Below are positions 37,589-50,534 of a stretch of 64,000 nucleotides of DNA, piece after piece. The notes below the pieces were generated by a model. It worked only from the letters and a program-made list of their open reading frames with translations, was not told the origin of the DNA and did not search any database. Both the position numbers and the translations under genes were made by a program. Origin of the DNA: Octopus sinensis (taxonomy: Eukaryota); contig NC_042997.1 of assembly GCF_006345805.1 (NCBI RefSeq), positions 82,150,001-82,214,000 on the forward strand. Direction: 5' to 3'. Within the stretch, counting starts at the first letter, position 1. Each line of letters opens with the position of its first letter.

Positions 37589-37596
37589 TTTAAATA
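37589..37596 (+). promoter_or_regulatory. TATA-like box (tttaaata) of paralog 1
   Basis: Lies in a block conserved with 57134-57141 (tttaaatagaggtgttttgcact), ~65 nt upstream of the ATG in both paralogs. Confidence 0.55.
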
Positions 37597-37657
37597 GAGG
37601 TGTTTTGCACTGAATCGTTACTTGTAAAGACAAGCTTTCTTGAAACTGGCATCGACA

Positions 37658-37736
37658 ATGAAGTGGTACTTCGTAGCTTGTATATTTTTGCTTGTAAGCA
37701 AAAGTGTTCAATCCAAGTCATCCCAGCAAATACTTG
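37658..37736 (+). CDS. Paralog 1 exon 1: signal peptide of a secreted peritrophin-like protein
   Basis: MKWYFVACIFLLVSKSVQSKSSQQIL then a phase-1 donor gtaagt at 37737; homologous to 57196-57301. Confidence 0.8.
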
Positions 37737-38511
37737 GTAAGTAATATTTCGTTTTTTATTTATTTTTCTTTCTTATAACATTTAGCTATCAATATCACTA
37801 TTGATTCATTTGCAGGATCAGAGGAATCTCTTCTTATTTCCAAACTGCCACTCTACAACTACACTCATTATCCCATGTGCTTTAGCCATTCATTACAATA
37901 TATTGTGATTTGAAAGTGTTCTAACAAGTCTAGCAACCACAGAGAGGTGTTTGATCTGATTCGGTAGTACATAATCTAGTTCCACTTTCTATGTTGCATG
38001 TCCTAGCCATAGAGGTTGAATAACACAACATACACTCCACACTAACATAAATAGACGAAATTACTATCTATGCATTGACCGTTAAACATTTCTTACGGCT
38101 AGAAGAGTTGGTTACCACCATAGAATCAGCAAGCTGATGTCATTAATACTGATTTTTTTAAAAATAATTATGGAGATCATTACAGATCTGTTGAGAAAAG
38201 CATATAAATGAATGAAACGAACCCAGCACGAAGCACTAGCGATTTTGTCAATCAAATCCCAACACCGGTTACGTCTGAACTCAGCTGTATCTGTTACTTT
38301 ATAAACATAGAAATTTTGTACATTTTCCAGTATCAGTATGATGGCAATTTGTTAGAAATATTAAACTCTTGCAAGATTCTGTTGCAACGCCTGATTTCTG
38401 AGTCTAAATACCGCAAGGGTTGTCTACATATTACATACTTATAGGTTCATAGGGACTACACTTTATCACTATATCAAGCTTGTGTCCATAAGTTACACAC
38501 ACACGCACACG

Positions 38512-38555
<44 letters not shown>

Positions 38556-38651
38556 TACACACGCATACACACGCATACACACACACACACACACACACAT
38601 TTATATATAATAAATCTCTGAGCGAGGTATAAACAGTAGCTGCACGACATC

Positions 38652-38932
<281 letters not shown>

Positions 38933-39206
38933 TAATAATAATAATAATAATAATAATATAATAATATGAGGGAATATTATTCAAAACTTACAGGGAAGAA
39001 TTCAATTCAGAAATACTAAATCAAATTTCACAAAATATAATATATATATATATAAAATTTAGAAAAAAAACACCTTTTATCAATTCAAAATGAAAAATTA
39101 AAATACACCATCTAGAAAATTACTTATAAAAGAATATTAAATATAAGATAAAAAATATAACGATGATTAAGTAATATACAAAATAATAAATAAAACGTAT
39201 ATATTT

Positions 39207-39243
<37 letters not shown>

Positions 39244-39479
39244 CATTGGGATATCCCAGAAACAGCTGTAAGACTTTGAATTTGTCCAATAATGATAATA
39301 ATGGAGATGATTGCCTTGCCTTAACGTTTCTTGTCCACTTTAACAATTGTATATCCGCTATATTGGAAATCTGCAATGGCCCCGAAACTACCGTCTCGGC
39401 TATAACCTTGGAGCCCTAGTAATTTGTTGAAGCGTACTTAATCGTCTAGATCAGCTCGTTTAGATAAACTCCCATATTT

Positions 39480-39533
<54 letters not shown>

Positions 39534-39789
39534 GTGTGTGTGTGTGTTGTGTGTGTGTGCGTGTATACTACGGGCCCAAATTTCGTTGCAAATATCAATC
39601 TCGAAATGTTTAAATTAATCACCAACGACATTAGCCACTCTGAGAAGGTCTGCGAATGTTAAGGGTGCAGTCACTTCTCTTTAGAATACGCAAAATACTT
39701 AAAACGCGTGCATTCAAAATGTGAAAACTGGAATCATTGTTGTTTATAGGACAGTATCCTGGTTTGTTTCATTGTTTTCTTCTCCATCC

Positions 39790-40880
39790 ATCCATCCAGC
39801 CAAATTTTCCAGCCATTAATCGTGGAAGGGTTGCAGCAGTAGATTCCTCGGGTAACTCTTCCATAAGGTCCTGTTAGAAGCAACCGCCGTTAGACCTTCC
39901 GGTTGACACTAGCCTGAACAATTGACACTATAGATATTGTACAGCCATTTTTTCCCTCGGTCTACCCCTACGCCTCTTGCCAGTTGGCGCGGCTTGAACA
40001 CACCTCTTGCAATTATTTCCTGCAACATTCTAAACAGATCTGTCGTACTAGAGCTGTGACCTCTCAAGGCGGAGAAATAGAGGCTCGACCATGAAGTCCT
40101 TGCTAGTCAACCTTTCGTTTAATGTTACTTCAGAACCTTTCAAAGGAAACTCTTTTGTGATCACTTGTATTTGCGATTGTATTCTTGTGGTCATTAACCG
40201 ACATTCATGGCCATATATGAGGAAAGGCACGTAACACGAATTAAAGAAATTCAATTTGGTATTTTTGCTAACCTTTCCTCTCTTCTGAGGATCGATTGCT
40301 GGTGCTGGTGCATTCTGTGACAGTACCAGTAATTCTAACGTCCAGTTCAGCCTCCTGCCTTCCATAAATCGTGGAACTTCACCTAAACTTCTCCACCTAT
40401 CTCAAGGATATTCTATAAACAAAGAGAATGTGCTGGAAAGGCTGTTTTGAGATGACTAAAGCCTCAATCTTCACAGCACAAATTCTCATCCCTGTCTTGT
40501 AACACTCGTCAGCGAACCTATTAAATGCACGCTGGAGAACACCTTTTTCTCATTTGCTAATTTCAATTGCAGAATGAGATTCAGAAACGTAAGATAGTTG
40601 TACACACACGTCAAACTCACTATAGAGTAGAGGATAGAAGTATTTTTCTTATCGTCCCCAGTAAACTCAATTCATTTGCGATACCAAATTTAATTTCGCT
40701 CATCTGACCACCAGAAACTTTTCGTAGAACCGACACTAGTGCTAACATGTCACCATTCTGAATATATCTTCAAGACACCAGTGTTGGACATCCTCAGTAG
40801 AGACCAAAAGCACTGCCCTACCTCTAAGTTGTAACACGACAGGCTTTCGGTTAGTCTGTCACTTAATACACGCTTCTAAC
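39790..40880 (-). mobile_element. Ancient RTE-clade LINE relic in paralog 1 intron
   Basis: FLIYGHEC and VEPLFLRLERSQL motifs typical of the RTE RT C-terminus; paralogous relic at 58410-59520. Confidence 0.6.
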
Positions 40881-41079
40881 TGACGTTCTTGCAAAAAGAA
40901 AAGTTAAAATAAGTTAAATTTAAATTATAAGTGCACACCATAAAGAACAGAAAAAGATTAGATGTACCTTTTTAGCATATAAATAAATTAACATCAAATA
41001 AATATATTGAGATTTCAGGTTTTATGCAAACGCATTTCGAGAACAGTATAATATTTTCTGCATTTTCTATTCGTTTCAG

Positions 41080-41630
41080 ATGAAGTTAAAGAAATTGCCA
41101 AGAAATCATGTACAGCAGAAAATGTTCAACAGAATGAATTTCATTTCTCTCATCCAGAGGAAAAAAAATTTATTCAATGTGACGAGTGGGGTAATTACAA
41201 AGTAATGCAGTGTGCACCGGGTACAGCATGGTCACAAAAGGCCTATACATGCGATAGAGAGAATAGCATAATTGGAACTCAACCAACGGTAAACACCCCG
41301 ACAACAACCAAATCCACCATTACCAATCCCTGTACCAAGGAGAATATTGACGCCGGTAGATTCTATTTCGCTCATTCAAACGAAAACTTCTTTATTTATT
41401 GTAACAAGTGGGGTGCATACTGTGTAATGCCGTGTGAACCGGGTACAATATGGTTACAAGTCATCGAGAGCTGCGTTGCAGATGATAGCAATGTTAAAAC
41501 CACGACAACCACCAAATCCACCATTACCAATCCCTATACCACAGAGAATATTGACTCAGGTAAATTCTATTTCGCTCATTCAAACGAAAACTTCTTTATT
41601 TATTGTAACAAGTGGGGTGCATACTGTTGA
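41080..41630 (+). CDS. Paralog 1 exon 2: 4-Cys peritrophin-A/CBM14-like modules with Thr-rich linkers (~209 aa total)
   Basis: Acceptor ttttctattcgtttcag at 41079 keeps phase 1 in frame with ORF 41205..41630. Modules C-x22-C-x10-C-x12-C with CAPGT.W. The stop TGA at 41628-41630 lies at an apparent deletion. Confidence 0.75.
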
Positions 41631-41997
41631 AACCACGACAACCACCAAATACACCATTATCAATCCCTGTACCAAGGAGAATGTACTCCATCCCTTTTAT
41701 CCAGACCAAAATTTCTTTATTCAATGTGTCGAGTCGGGTAATTACTTTGTAATGCCGTGTGCACCGGGTACAACATGGTCGCAAAGCGCCTATACCTGCA
41801 TGTAACCAACCAAGCCGACGACGAGTAAATCCCCTAGTAACAATCCCTGTATGAAGGAGAAAATTGGCTTTGGTAATTTGTTTCCATTATTCAAATAAAA
41901 AATGTTCTTTATTCAATGTATCTCAGTTGGTATATACTTTGTAATGCCCTGTCGGCAAGGGTCATCGTGGTCAGAAAACTCGATGTCTTGTTCATGA
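41631..41997 (+). pseudogene. Two further decayed modules downstream of the paralog 1 stop
   Basis: NPCTKEN...FFIQCVESGNYFVMPCAPGTTWSQSAYTC and a more degenerate copy, in shifted frames. Confidence 0.7.
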
Positions 41998-42212
41998 TAG
42001 ATAACGACGAATTACCTAATTGTAATGCATTCCAAAATGCTATTTTCTGATCTTTCTAACATCTGAATAGGCGACTAGAAATGCCTGCTTTGTAAAACAA
42101 TTGTGTGTACTGATTTTATAGTTTAAATTTAGCTTTGCGTTTTTCTAATGTGAAATGTTTCAAATATTGTTTTGGTTATATTTTACTATCGTAATATTTT
42201 GCCAGAGTGTTT

Positions 42213-42628
42213 TTCATTATTCTTTTTTTCTCATAACCGAAATATGATATGCTTTTGTTCATTCATGTAACTTTTGTCCTGCGTATTGTATAAAATTCCA
42301 TAAATAAATATGATCTTCATTATTCTTTTTTTCTCATAACCGAAATATGATATGCTTTTGTTCATTCATGTAACTTTTGTCCTGCGTATTGTATAAAATT
42401 CCATAAATAAATATGATCTTCATTATTCTTTTTTTCTCATAACCGAAATATGATATGCTTTTGTTCATTCATGTAACTTTTGTCCTGCGTATTGTATAAA
42501 ATTCCATAAATAAATATGATCTTCATTATTCTTTTTTTCTCATAACCGAAATATGATATGCTTTTGTTCATTCATGTAACTTTTGTCCTGCGTATTGTAT
42601 AAAATTCCATAAGTAAATATGATCTTCA
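42213..42628. repeat. 103-bp tandem repeat x4 in the predicted 3'UTR of paralog 1
   Basis: cattattc recurs at 42215, 42318, 42421 and 42524. AATAAA is present in three units; the fourth reads ataagtaaat. Confidence 0.95.
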
Positions 42629-43643
42629 CATTAAAAGTCTTATGGGGCTTATACATTATTACATACTTCGGAACTCTTAAAATATTTTCCGTCTATCTTC
42701 ACAAAAATGTATTGTTGATGTCAAAATTTTTAAATATTGTATAATATCTGTTTCTATGAATAAACGATATTTTCCTATATAATTTCTTATTGTTTTCGCT
42801 TTATATTTCTAATATAAATATATATATATAAATAACTCGATTAATATCTTTGGAATTTATTAGTAAAAGTCCATACAATTATATGTCTTTTCAAAGTTAG
42901 CGATGGTATCACAGAATTATATGTGTTGTAGCACCACAATATTTCCAACTTCCTCTTCGACCAAGGAGTATACATTAATACTTCCTACCCGCAAATCTTA
43001 GCTTGTTTACCTTGGAATCTGTATGTTTATCTCAACTGCTTCTTCTCTCATTTACATTGATGTCTAGCTGTAAATGATGCCTAGCGATCCCAGTCAATCC
43101 AGCCGATTTCAAACATTTCTTTTCTGGTTTAGATTCGGTATTTTCCTTATTCTATTGTCGGAGAAACCTGTGCACATAAATTTTGCATACTCTCAAAGAT
43201 GTTCTATTGATGGCAACAGTTGCTCACTTTGAATTTCTCTATGCCGGCGGCTATGGGGAATAGTAGTAAATCGACTATGGAATCTCTACGTAATCTTAAA
43301 ACTTATCGGAAATAGCAGAGAAAACCAGAAATTTTGGTTTGGGTCACCAGTTATATTTGGCTGGAAGTAATAAGCAGATTGCTTGTTAAGGGAAACAAAA
43401 GTTATTATACAACAGTAGAGGGGGGAAAGGAAAGAGTTAGTGTCTCTGACAAATAGTGTACTGGTGAGTAAGTTATTGCTAAAGAGATGTAGACTACGGT
43501 GGTCTATGTGTAGCAATATTTCTAACTCAATATTGTGAGTCACACTTGAGTGCACAACTATCATGCCCGAAAAGCTTTGTGGACCCAGAGTAGAGTGAAT
43601 AAATAAATACATATATGATGTATAATTATGTGTATACACGCAC

Positions 43644-43719
<76 letters not shown>

Positions 43720-43914
43720 TTTATATATATGAAGGATGAGTAGAGATGACTTTTTGGAGTATAGTTTTTATTTTAGTAATAATGTTTACAGTGAATTACT
43801 CTGTAATGAATTTCAAGCTTAAAATAGCCGTTTTCAAAATAAAAAATGTTTTACTAGTTGCTTAAATAGCAAAAAAAATTGAATAGCAAAATATATACAT
43901 TTAAAAAAAGCACA

Positions 43915-44333
43915 TGAAGAAGAAGAAGAAGAAGAAGAAGAAGAAGAGAAGAAGAAGAAGAAGAAGAAGAAGAAGAAGAAGAGAAAAAGAAGAAGAAGAA
44001 GAAGAAGAAGAAGAAGAAAAAGAAGAAGAAGAAAAAGAAGAAGAAAAAGAAGAAGAAAAAGAAGAAGAAAAAGTAGAAGAAAAGAAGAAGAAGAAGAAGA
44101 AGAAGAAGAAAGAAGAAGAAGAAGAAGAAGAAGAAGAAGAAAAAGAAGAAGAAGAAGAAGAAGAAAAGAGAAGAAAATGAAGAAGAAGAAGAAGAAGAAG
44201 AAAAAGAAGAAGAAGAAGAAGAAGAAGAAGAAGAAGAAGAAAATGAAGAAAAAGAAGAAGAAGAAAAAGAAGAAGAAAAAGAAGGAGAAAAAGAAGAAGA
44301 AGAAGAAGAAAAGAGAAGAAGAAGAAGAAGAAG

Positions 44334-44362
<29 letters not shown>
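43915..44362. repeat. ~450-bp imperfect (GAA)n polypurine tract
   Basis: Direct reading; explains the poly-K/E/R/F/S/L spurious ORFs. Confidence 0.95.
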
Positions 44363-44364
<2 letters not shown>

Positions 44365-44622
44365 GGGAGACAGAGAGAAAAATATATTGCAGGAAACAAA
44401 ATTCGACATACCAAGAAAGTTAAAAGATATTGTATTTGAAATACATATTACTGACTCGCAGGAAAGTGTCATCACCTATTCTGCAAGAAACCTAAGAGAA
44501 TATGTATATATATATATATATATAACGGGAAGCTTTATGAAAATAGACAAAAGACGAAGGCAGGTGGAAAACAAACGAACAATTGTATTAGTATGGCGCT
44601 CAGGAAATATAAATAAAACAAG

Positions 44623-44660
44623 TCTTTAACGTTTCGAGCCTACGCTCTTCAACAGAAAGA
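44623..44660 (-). ncRNA. Type I hammerhead-like motif in the 3' pLTR, variant core
   Basis: UCUUU-CUGUUGA-A-GAGC(GUAG)GCUC-GAAAC-GU-U-AAAGA: 5-bp stem I, palindromic stem III. Confidence 0.62.
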
Positions 44661-45529
44661 TACACAGAGAGAAAAAAAACACAGAAAGAAGGAGAGAAAA
44701 AAAATGCGTGCAGTAGCTAACGAATCAACATGGCGATCTGGTTTCGACCAGAGGTCAAAGATCAAACATGAGACGCGAGAGCGAAATAAGGGGAGATAAT
44801 AGGTTTGATAATAGGGTTGATAATAGGGTTGAAGGACCAGCTAATAGTGCGTAGGAGGGGTCTGGACGTGTGTATGTATAGGGTTGGTGTATGTATTAGT
44901 ATGTATAAGGGTGTGTGTGTGTGTGTGTGTATGAGAGAGTATTAGTGCGTAGGATTGGTCTGGACGTGCGTATGTATGGGGTTGGTGTATGTATTAGTAT
45001 GTATTAGTATGTATTAGTACGTATTAGTATGTATAAGTGTGTGTGTGTGTGTATGAGAGAGTATAAGTGCGTATGAGGGGTCTGGACGTGTGTATGTTAT
45101 AGGGTTGGTGTATGTATTAGTATGTATTAGTATGTATTAGTACGTATTAGTATGTATTAGTTGTGTATGTATTAGTATGGCACATCATATATGATGTGAT
45201 GTGTAAAGTCGGTGGTGTAGTGAGGAGAAGAGGGGGAGAGAATGGGGGAAGAGGGAGAGGAGGGGGAGAAGGAAGGGGAGGAGGGGGAGAGGAAGGGGAG
45301 GAGGGGGAGAAGGAAGGGGAGGAGGGGGAGGAAGGAGGAAAGAGGGAGAGGGGGAGAGAGAAGGGGAGTGAGGGAGTGAGGGAGCAGAGGGAAGGGGAAG
45401 AGGGAAGGAGGGAGGGGGAAAGAGGGAAGAAGGGAAGGGGAGTAGGGGTGAAAGGATGAAGGACTGAAGAAGTAGGGGTCGGGGGGAAAAGGATAGGTGA
45501 GGAGGGGGAGAGGGGGGTTAGATGAGGAG

Positions 45530-47280
45530 GGGGGAGAGTTGAGACCAAATGGCGTATAAGAGCGAAGAGAGAAGATTAATTTTTGTTCACGGCGCAAACG
45601 GGAATCCGGATGGCCTCTGTGTAAGGACAAACCGAACACAGATAGGTGTTGCAAGGAGTGACCGGTGGAGCGGAAATGGCGTGAGACCGGTGTGTCGTTC
45701 GCAAGGTGAATGTCACGAAGGTGTTCCGCGAACCGGTCAGCCAAGCGGCGTCCCGTTTGTCCGATGTACAAGGAATTGCAGAGAGAGCAAGAGATGCAAT
45801 AGATAATATTGCTGGAGGTGCAGGTGAAGGAGTGGATGATGGGATAGGGTCGATGGTGGGTGCTAGTGAGGCGGGTGGTGTTGGAGAGGTAAGGGCAAGT
45901 GCGGCAACGTGGGCGGGAGCAGGGGAACGAGCCGGGTTGGGAGGTAGGGTCAGGGAAGGAGCTATGGACCAAAAGGTCTCGAAGGTTGTGGGCTCGTTTG
46001 AAAGAGGGGAGGGGTCGGTTAGGAAAGAGGTGTGAAGTGGACGGGTCGGACTGGAGATGACGGAAAGCTCGAAGAATGGTGCGTTGGAGACGTAGGTCGT
46101 TGGGTGGTAAGTGAGGGGAAAAGGGAGGCGGGAGACTACAGGGCGGGTTCGGGGAGAGAGAGCAGATACACGGTCCACGGACCGTGCTCTGGCAAGGGCG
46201 GTGTGCATAGTGGTGAGGGGGTATCCACGTAGGGTGAAGTGGTGAGCCATACGTTGAGACTGAGTCTCAAAGTCATGGTCGTCACTACAGAGCCTACGTA
46301 GACGGAGGAATTGGGAATAGGGGATAGAAAACTTGGTGTGTTCTGGGTGGGAGGAAGAGAAGTTGAGGTATGAGTGTGAGTCTGTGTGTTTGTAGTGAAT
46401 GGAGGTGGTAAGAGTGGAGTGAAGAATGCTAACCGAAATGTCGAGGAAGGAGACAGAGGTGTTGGAGATAGTGGAAGTGAAGTGGAGGGCTGGATGGAAG
46501 ATTGGATGGACGAAAGAGAGGAAGGAATCTAGATGTTCGCGGGAGAGTGAGGTGGCACCGATAATGTCGTCGATGTAACGACCATATAGTTCAGGAGTGG
46601 GACCAGTGAAATTAGAGAATATTTGGGCCTCAACATAGCCAACGAACAGGTTCGCATAGTTGGGGCCCATTCGCGTTCCCATGGCCACTCCCGAGACCTG
46701 ATGGTAGAACTCGCCCGCGAACGAGAAGCAGTTCAGAGTAAGGACAAGTTCGGCCAGACGAATGAGTGTGGAGGTGTCAGGTACAGGGTTAGAGCGGAGG
46801 TCAAGAAAGTGTCGAAGGGCCTGCAGTCCTTCGTGGTGAGGGATAACAGTATAGAGGCTTTGGATGTCCATAGTAAAAAGGATTTTGGAGGAGCCGGGAG
46901 GAAAGGAGAAATAGTTGAAAAGCCGGAGAGCATGGTTGGTATCGTGGATGTGGGAGGGAAGAGATGCCACTAGGGGGGCAAGGACACGGTCGAGGTATTT
47001 AGAGATGAGCTCCGTGGGGCAGTTACAGGCGGAGACGATGGGGCGGCCAGGGTTGTTGGGTTTGTGGATTTTGGGGAGGAAGTAAATGGTGGGGGTACGT
47101 GGGGTTCGCACAATTAGGTTGGATGCGGTGCGGGGGAGACGGGAGGACGAGATGAGGTCGTGGACAGTAGAGGATACCGTCTGTTGGTAGCTACGTGTGG
47201 GGTTAGAGGGCAGAGGGGAATAGAAGGAGGTGTCATTGAGTTGGCGGAAAGCCTCGGCCCTATAGAGTTTATGCGAACAA
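45530..47280 (-). pseudogene. Penelope RT + GIY-YIG endonuclease ORF, one frameshift near 46095
   Basis: KLYRAEAFRQLNDTSFY...TYHPTT; a 1-nt correction gives LRLQRTILRAF...NLRDLLVHS, in frame with 45172..45972 and ending LIFSLRSYTPFGLN. Confidence 0.88.
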
Positions 47281-47596
47281 GTTCAAGGTTGAAAGTTCAA
47301 GGTGAGAAATGTGTAGACGTCGTGGTATATTTTTTAAGGATTTCACATCAATGCAAAGTCACTTTGATCCGCGAAAGAGAGGTGCAGCCAATGGTAAGTA
47401 TCCAAGAGGTAAAGAAAATCCAAGGTAGAGGTAAGTGTTGATAGTGGTATTGGTAGAATATAGGATGAAAGTGAGACCACGTGAGCGCATAATATATAAC
47501 GGGAAGCTTTATGAAAATAGACAAAAGACGAAGGCAGGTGGAAAACAAACGAACAATTGTATTAGTATGGCGCTCAGGAAATATAAATAAAACAAG

Positions 47597-47634
47597 TCTT
47601 TAACGTTTCGAGCCTACGCTCTTCAACAGAAAGA
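47597..47634 (-). ncRNA. Type I hammerhead-like motif in the 5' pLTR, identical to 44623-44660
   Basis: Same sequence in the second pLTR. Confidence 0.62.
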
Positions 47635-48125
47635 TACACAGAGAGAAAAAAAACACAGAAAGAAGGAGAGGGAAAAAATGCGTGCAGTAGCTAACGAATC
47701 AACATGGCGATCTGGTTTCGGCCAGAGGTCAAAGATCAAACATGAGACGCGAGAGCGAAATAAGGGGAGATAATAGGGTTGATAATAGGGTTGATAATAG
47801 GGTTGAAGGACCAGCTAATAGTGCGTAGGAGGGGTCTGGAAGTGTGTATGTATAGGGTTGATGTATGTATTAGTATGTATAAGGGTGTGTGTGTGTGTAT
47901 GAGAGAGTATTAGTGCGTAGGATTGGTCTGGACGTGCGTATGTATGGGGTTGGTGTATGTATTAGTATGTATTAGTATGTATTAGTACGTATTAGTATGT
48001 ATAAGTGTGTGTGTATGAGAGAGTATAAGTGCGTATGAGGGGTCTGGACGTGTGTATGTATAGGGTTGGTGTATGTATTAGTATGTATTAGTATGTATTA
48101 GTACGTATTAGTATGTATTAGTTGG

Positions 48126-48850
48126 TGTATGTATATATATATATGTGTGTGTGTGTATATATGTGTGTATGTATAAGGACTTGTAGATCTCTGTATGTGT
48201 ATATATGTATGTATGTGTATGTGTGTAGATATGTATTTGTATGTACGTGAACGTATGTGTATGTACGTGCATGTATGTGGATATATATATGTGTGTAGGT
48301 ATGTATATGTAGGTATGCTTTTATGTACACGTGTATGCGCGCATGTGTGCATATATGTATTTATAAGCATATGCGTGTACATATGCGGGCAGATGTTCCT
48401 GTGTGTTTATGTGTACTGAAGTACTTTTATATATGTGGTTTTGTGTGTACATAGTTATGTATACGTTTATGTGAAAGTGGGTACATTTATTTATGTATGT
48501 ATGAATATGTGTACTTGCGTGTGTTTGTGTATGTACATGCATATATACATATATGTGTAAATATGTAAATATGTAAATATGCATGTGTATATGCATGTGT
48601 GTGTGTGTATGGGTCTGTATATTCCTTTTTTTATATATATATATGTATGTGTAGATATATATGTGCGTGTGCTTGTATGTTGGCATGTATGTGTACGTGT
48701 ATCTGTATATATATGTATGTATATGTGCGTATGTATATAAGTGTGTGTGTATGAGTATGTGTATGTGTGTGTGTGTGTGTATGTGTATACATATGTATAT
48801 GTGTACGCATATGTGTATGTATATGTGTACATATATATATATATATATAA
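48126..48850. repeat. Compound (TATG/TG/TA)n low-complexity tract
   Basis: Direct reading; source of the spurious Y/T/H/M/C-rich ORFs. Confidence 0.9.
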
Positions 48851-49043
48851 GCAATAGTCTTCCTATTTACCTAAAACTCTATTCTATTATTCTATTTATT
48901 CATTTATCTACTTTATCACTGATTCTTTTGACCACTCCCCTAAGAAAGACAGTCTGTGCCCTGCCTACCCCAAAAGAAGTCCACCACCACCACCCCATCA
49001 AATCTGCCTAAATGTATAAATGCCAAAACTATTCTTGACGCCA

Positions 49044-49094
49044 AGCTTCCTGATGATTTCATTTGAATGAAACAGTTCTAGTCCTGTAGAAGCT
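49044..49094 (+). ncRNA. Type I hammerhead ribozyme in a solo pLTR-like repeat (~48850-49158)
   Basis: AGCUUC-CUGAUGA-UUUC(AUUU)GAAU-GAAA-CAG(UUCUAGUC)CUG-UA-GAAGCU: perfect 6-bp stem I, exact core, 4-bp looped stem III, GUA triplet, U:U at 10.1-11.1. (TA)n on both sides of the repeat. Confidence 0.78.
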
Positions 49095-49175
49095 CCTTCT
49101 ATAAATTAAATTTATTTATTCTGCCATGTATTGAGTACCTTATTTACTGTGGTTAACCCGACTCAACCCGGGACC

Positions 49176-49229
<54 letters not shown>

Positions 49230-50534
49230 GAAAATATATATATGCACACACACGCACACACATATATAGATATAGAGAGAGAGAGGGGGAGAGAGCCAAA
49301 CACACTGCATACTGAAAAACCATAAAGCTGAAAATATTGGAGTGTGGGTATAAGTCGTACTCCGCAAACAATTTCTGTTAATAGTCACTCAGTAACTTCT
49401 CGTTCTTCCTTATAATTTCAAACAAGGTTTTGTGAATTAAACGTTATTTATTTATTGTAGATTCATGAGAGTTAAATGCACTATGTGAATTGTTTACAAG
49501 CATGTCTTAATACAAACGGAAGCTAAAATATTATGATTCTCTTCTCGTAAAATTCATTCAACAAAAGGAAATACGACATTCACATACCCATCGTGTATGT
49601 GGTGGCCTAATTGTGTGGTTTTCTTACAGCTTTTATTTTGTTACTTCTTTATACGGCCATATTAATAAGAAATGAAATTCTTTATAAAATTTTACACAAA
49701 ATATACTAGAAATATTGATTTTGAAGGTTGAATTATATACGACCTTAGTATACAGACCCTACTTGAAATCCTGTTTCGATTTCAATGCCTTAGAGGCACA
49801 AATATATAATTTCGCGTGATTTTTAATTAATCAATATGCTAAAACATGAAACTAAGCATGTAACTCTGATGCTAGAAAGAGCTTTACATACACCCATGCA
49901 CACATACACACATACATACATACTCACACACACATACATACATACATACATGCAAAACATATATATATTCAAAACATACATGTATACATACAAAACATAT
50001 ATACATACATACATACATACATACATACATACATACATACATACATACATACATACATACATACATACATACAAAACCATATTTTAAAGGCAAAATATAT
50101 TTATATTTTAAAAGCAAAATATATTTATCTTAGTTTCAATGATAGAAGAAAGCAGGAAGAATTTCATAGTTTTGTTCCTCTGCAACAAAAATGTGTATCA
50201 AAAAAGATGTGAGGTAAAATATGAAATAAGATGTGAGGTAAAAAATTGAATTCAAGTATAATTGACTTTTTTATTTTAAAAACAAACTATATTTTAATTA
50301 AGTTTAAATGATAGAGCTCAATTCGAGTAATTTCATGGTATTAGCCTCATGCAATAAAGTTCTGAGTGCTTGTTTCTCAAATTTGAGGGTGATTATATAG
50401 TTCTATACTTTTTTATGAATATAGTTCTATAAGGGGACTTTTAATATATGTTACCGGCGTCATTGAGGCAATGAAAAGGTATCAACGCACCGCTAACTGA
50501 CACATTTGACACGTTATTAATTAGCATAATAGCA

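Larger units (their letters stand above)
44519..48125 (-). mobile_element. Penelope-like element, 5'-truncated ORF between two direct pLTRs (44519-45165, 47493-48125)
   Basis: RT motifs LPKIHK, GVAMGTRMGP, YGRYIDD; GIY-YIG NIIYCISC..C..LYIGQTGRRLADRFAEH; ~640-bp direct repeats, each containing a hammerhead motif. Confidence 0.92.

Noticed and set aside
43834-45548. Poly-Lys/Glu/Phe/Ser and Gly/Glu- or Pro/Ser-rich ORFs
   Set aside because: Translations of (GAA)n and of the G-rich purine tract in the Penelope tail.
48098-50117. Tyr/His/Thr/Met/Cys-rich ORFs
   Set aside because: Translations of compound (TATG/CA/TA)n repeats.
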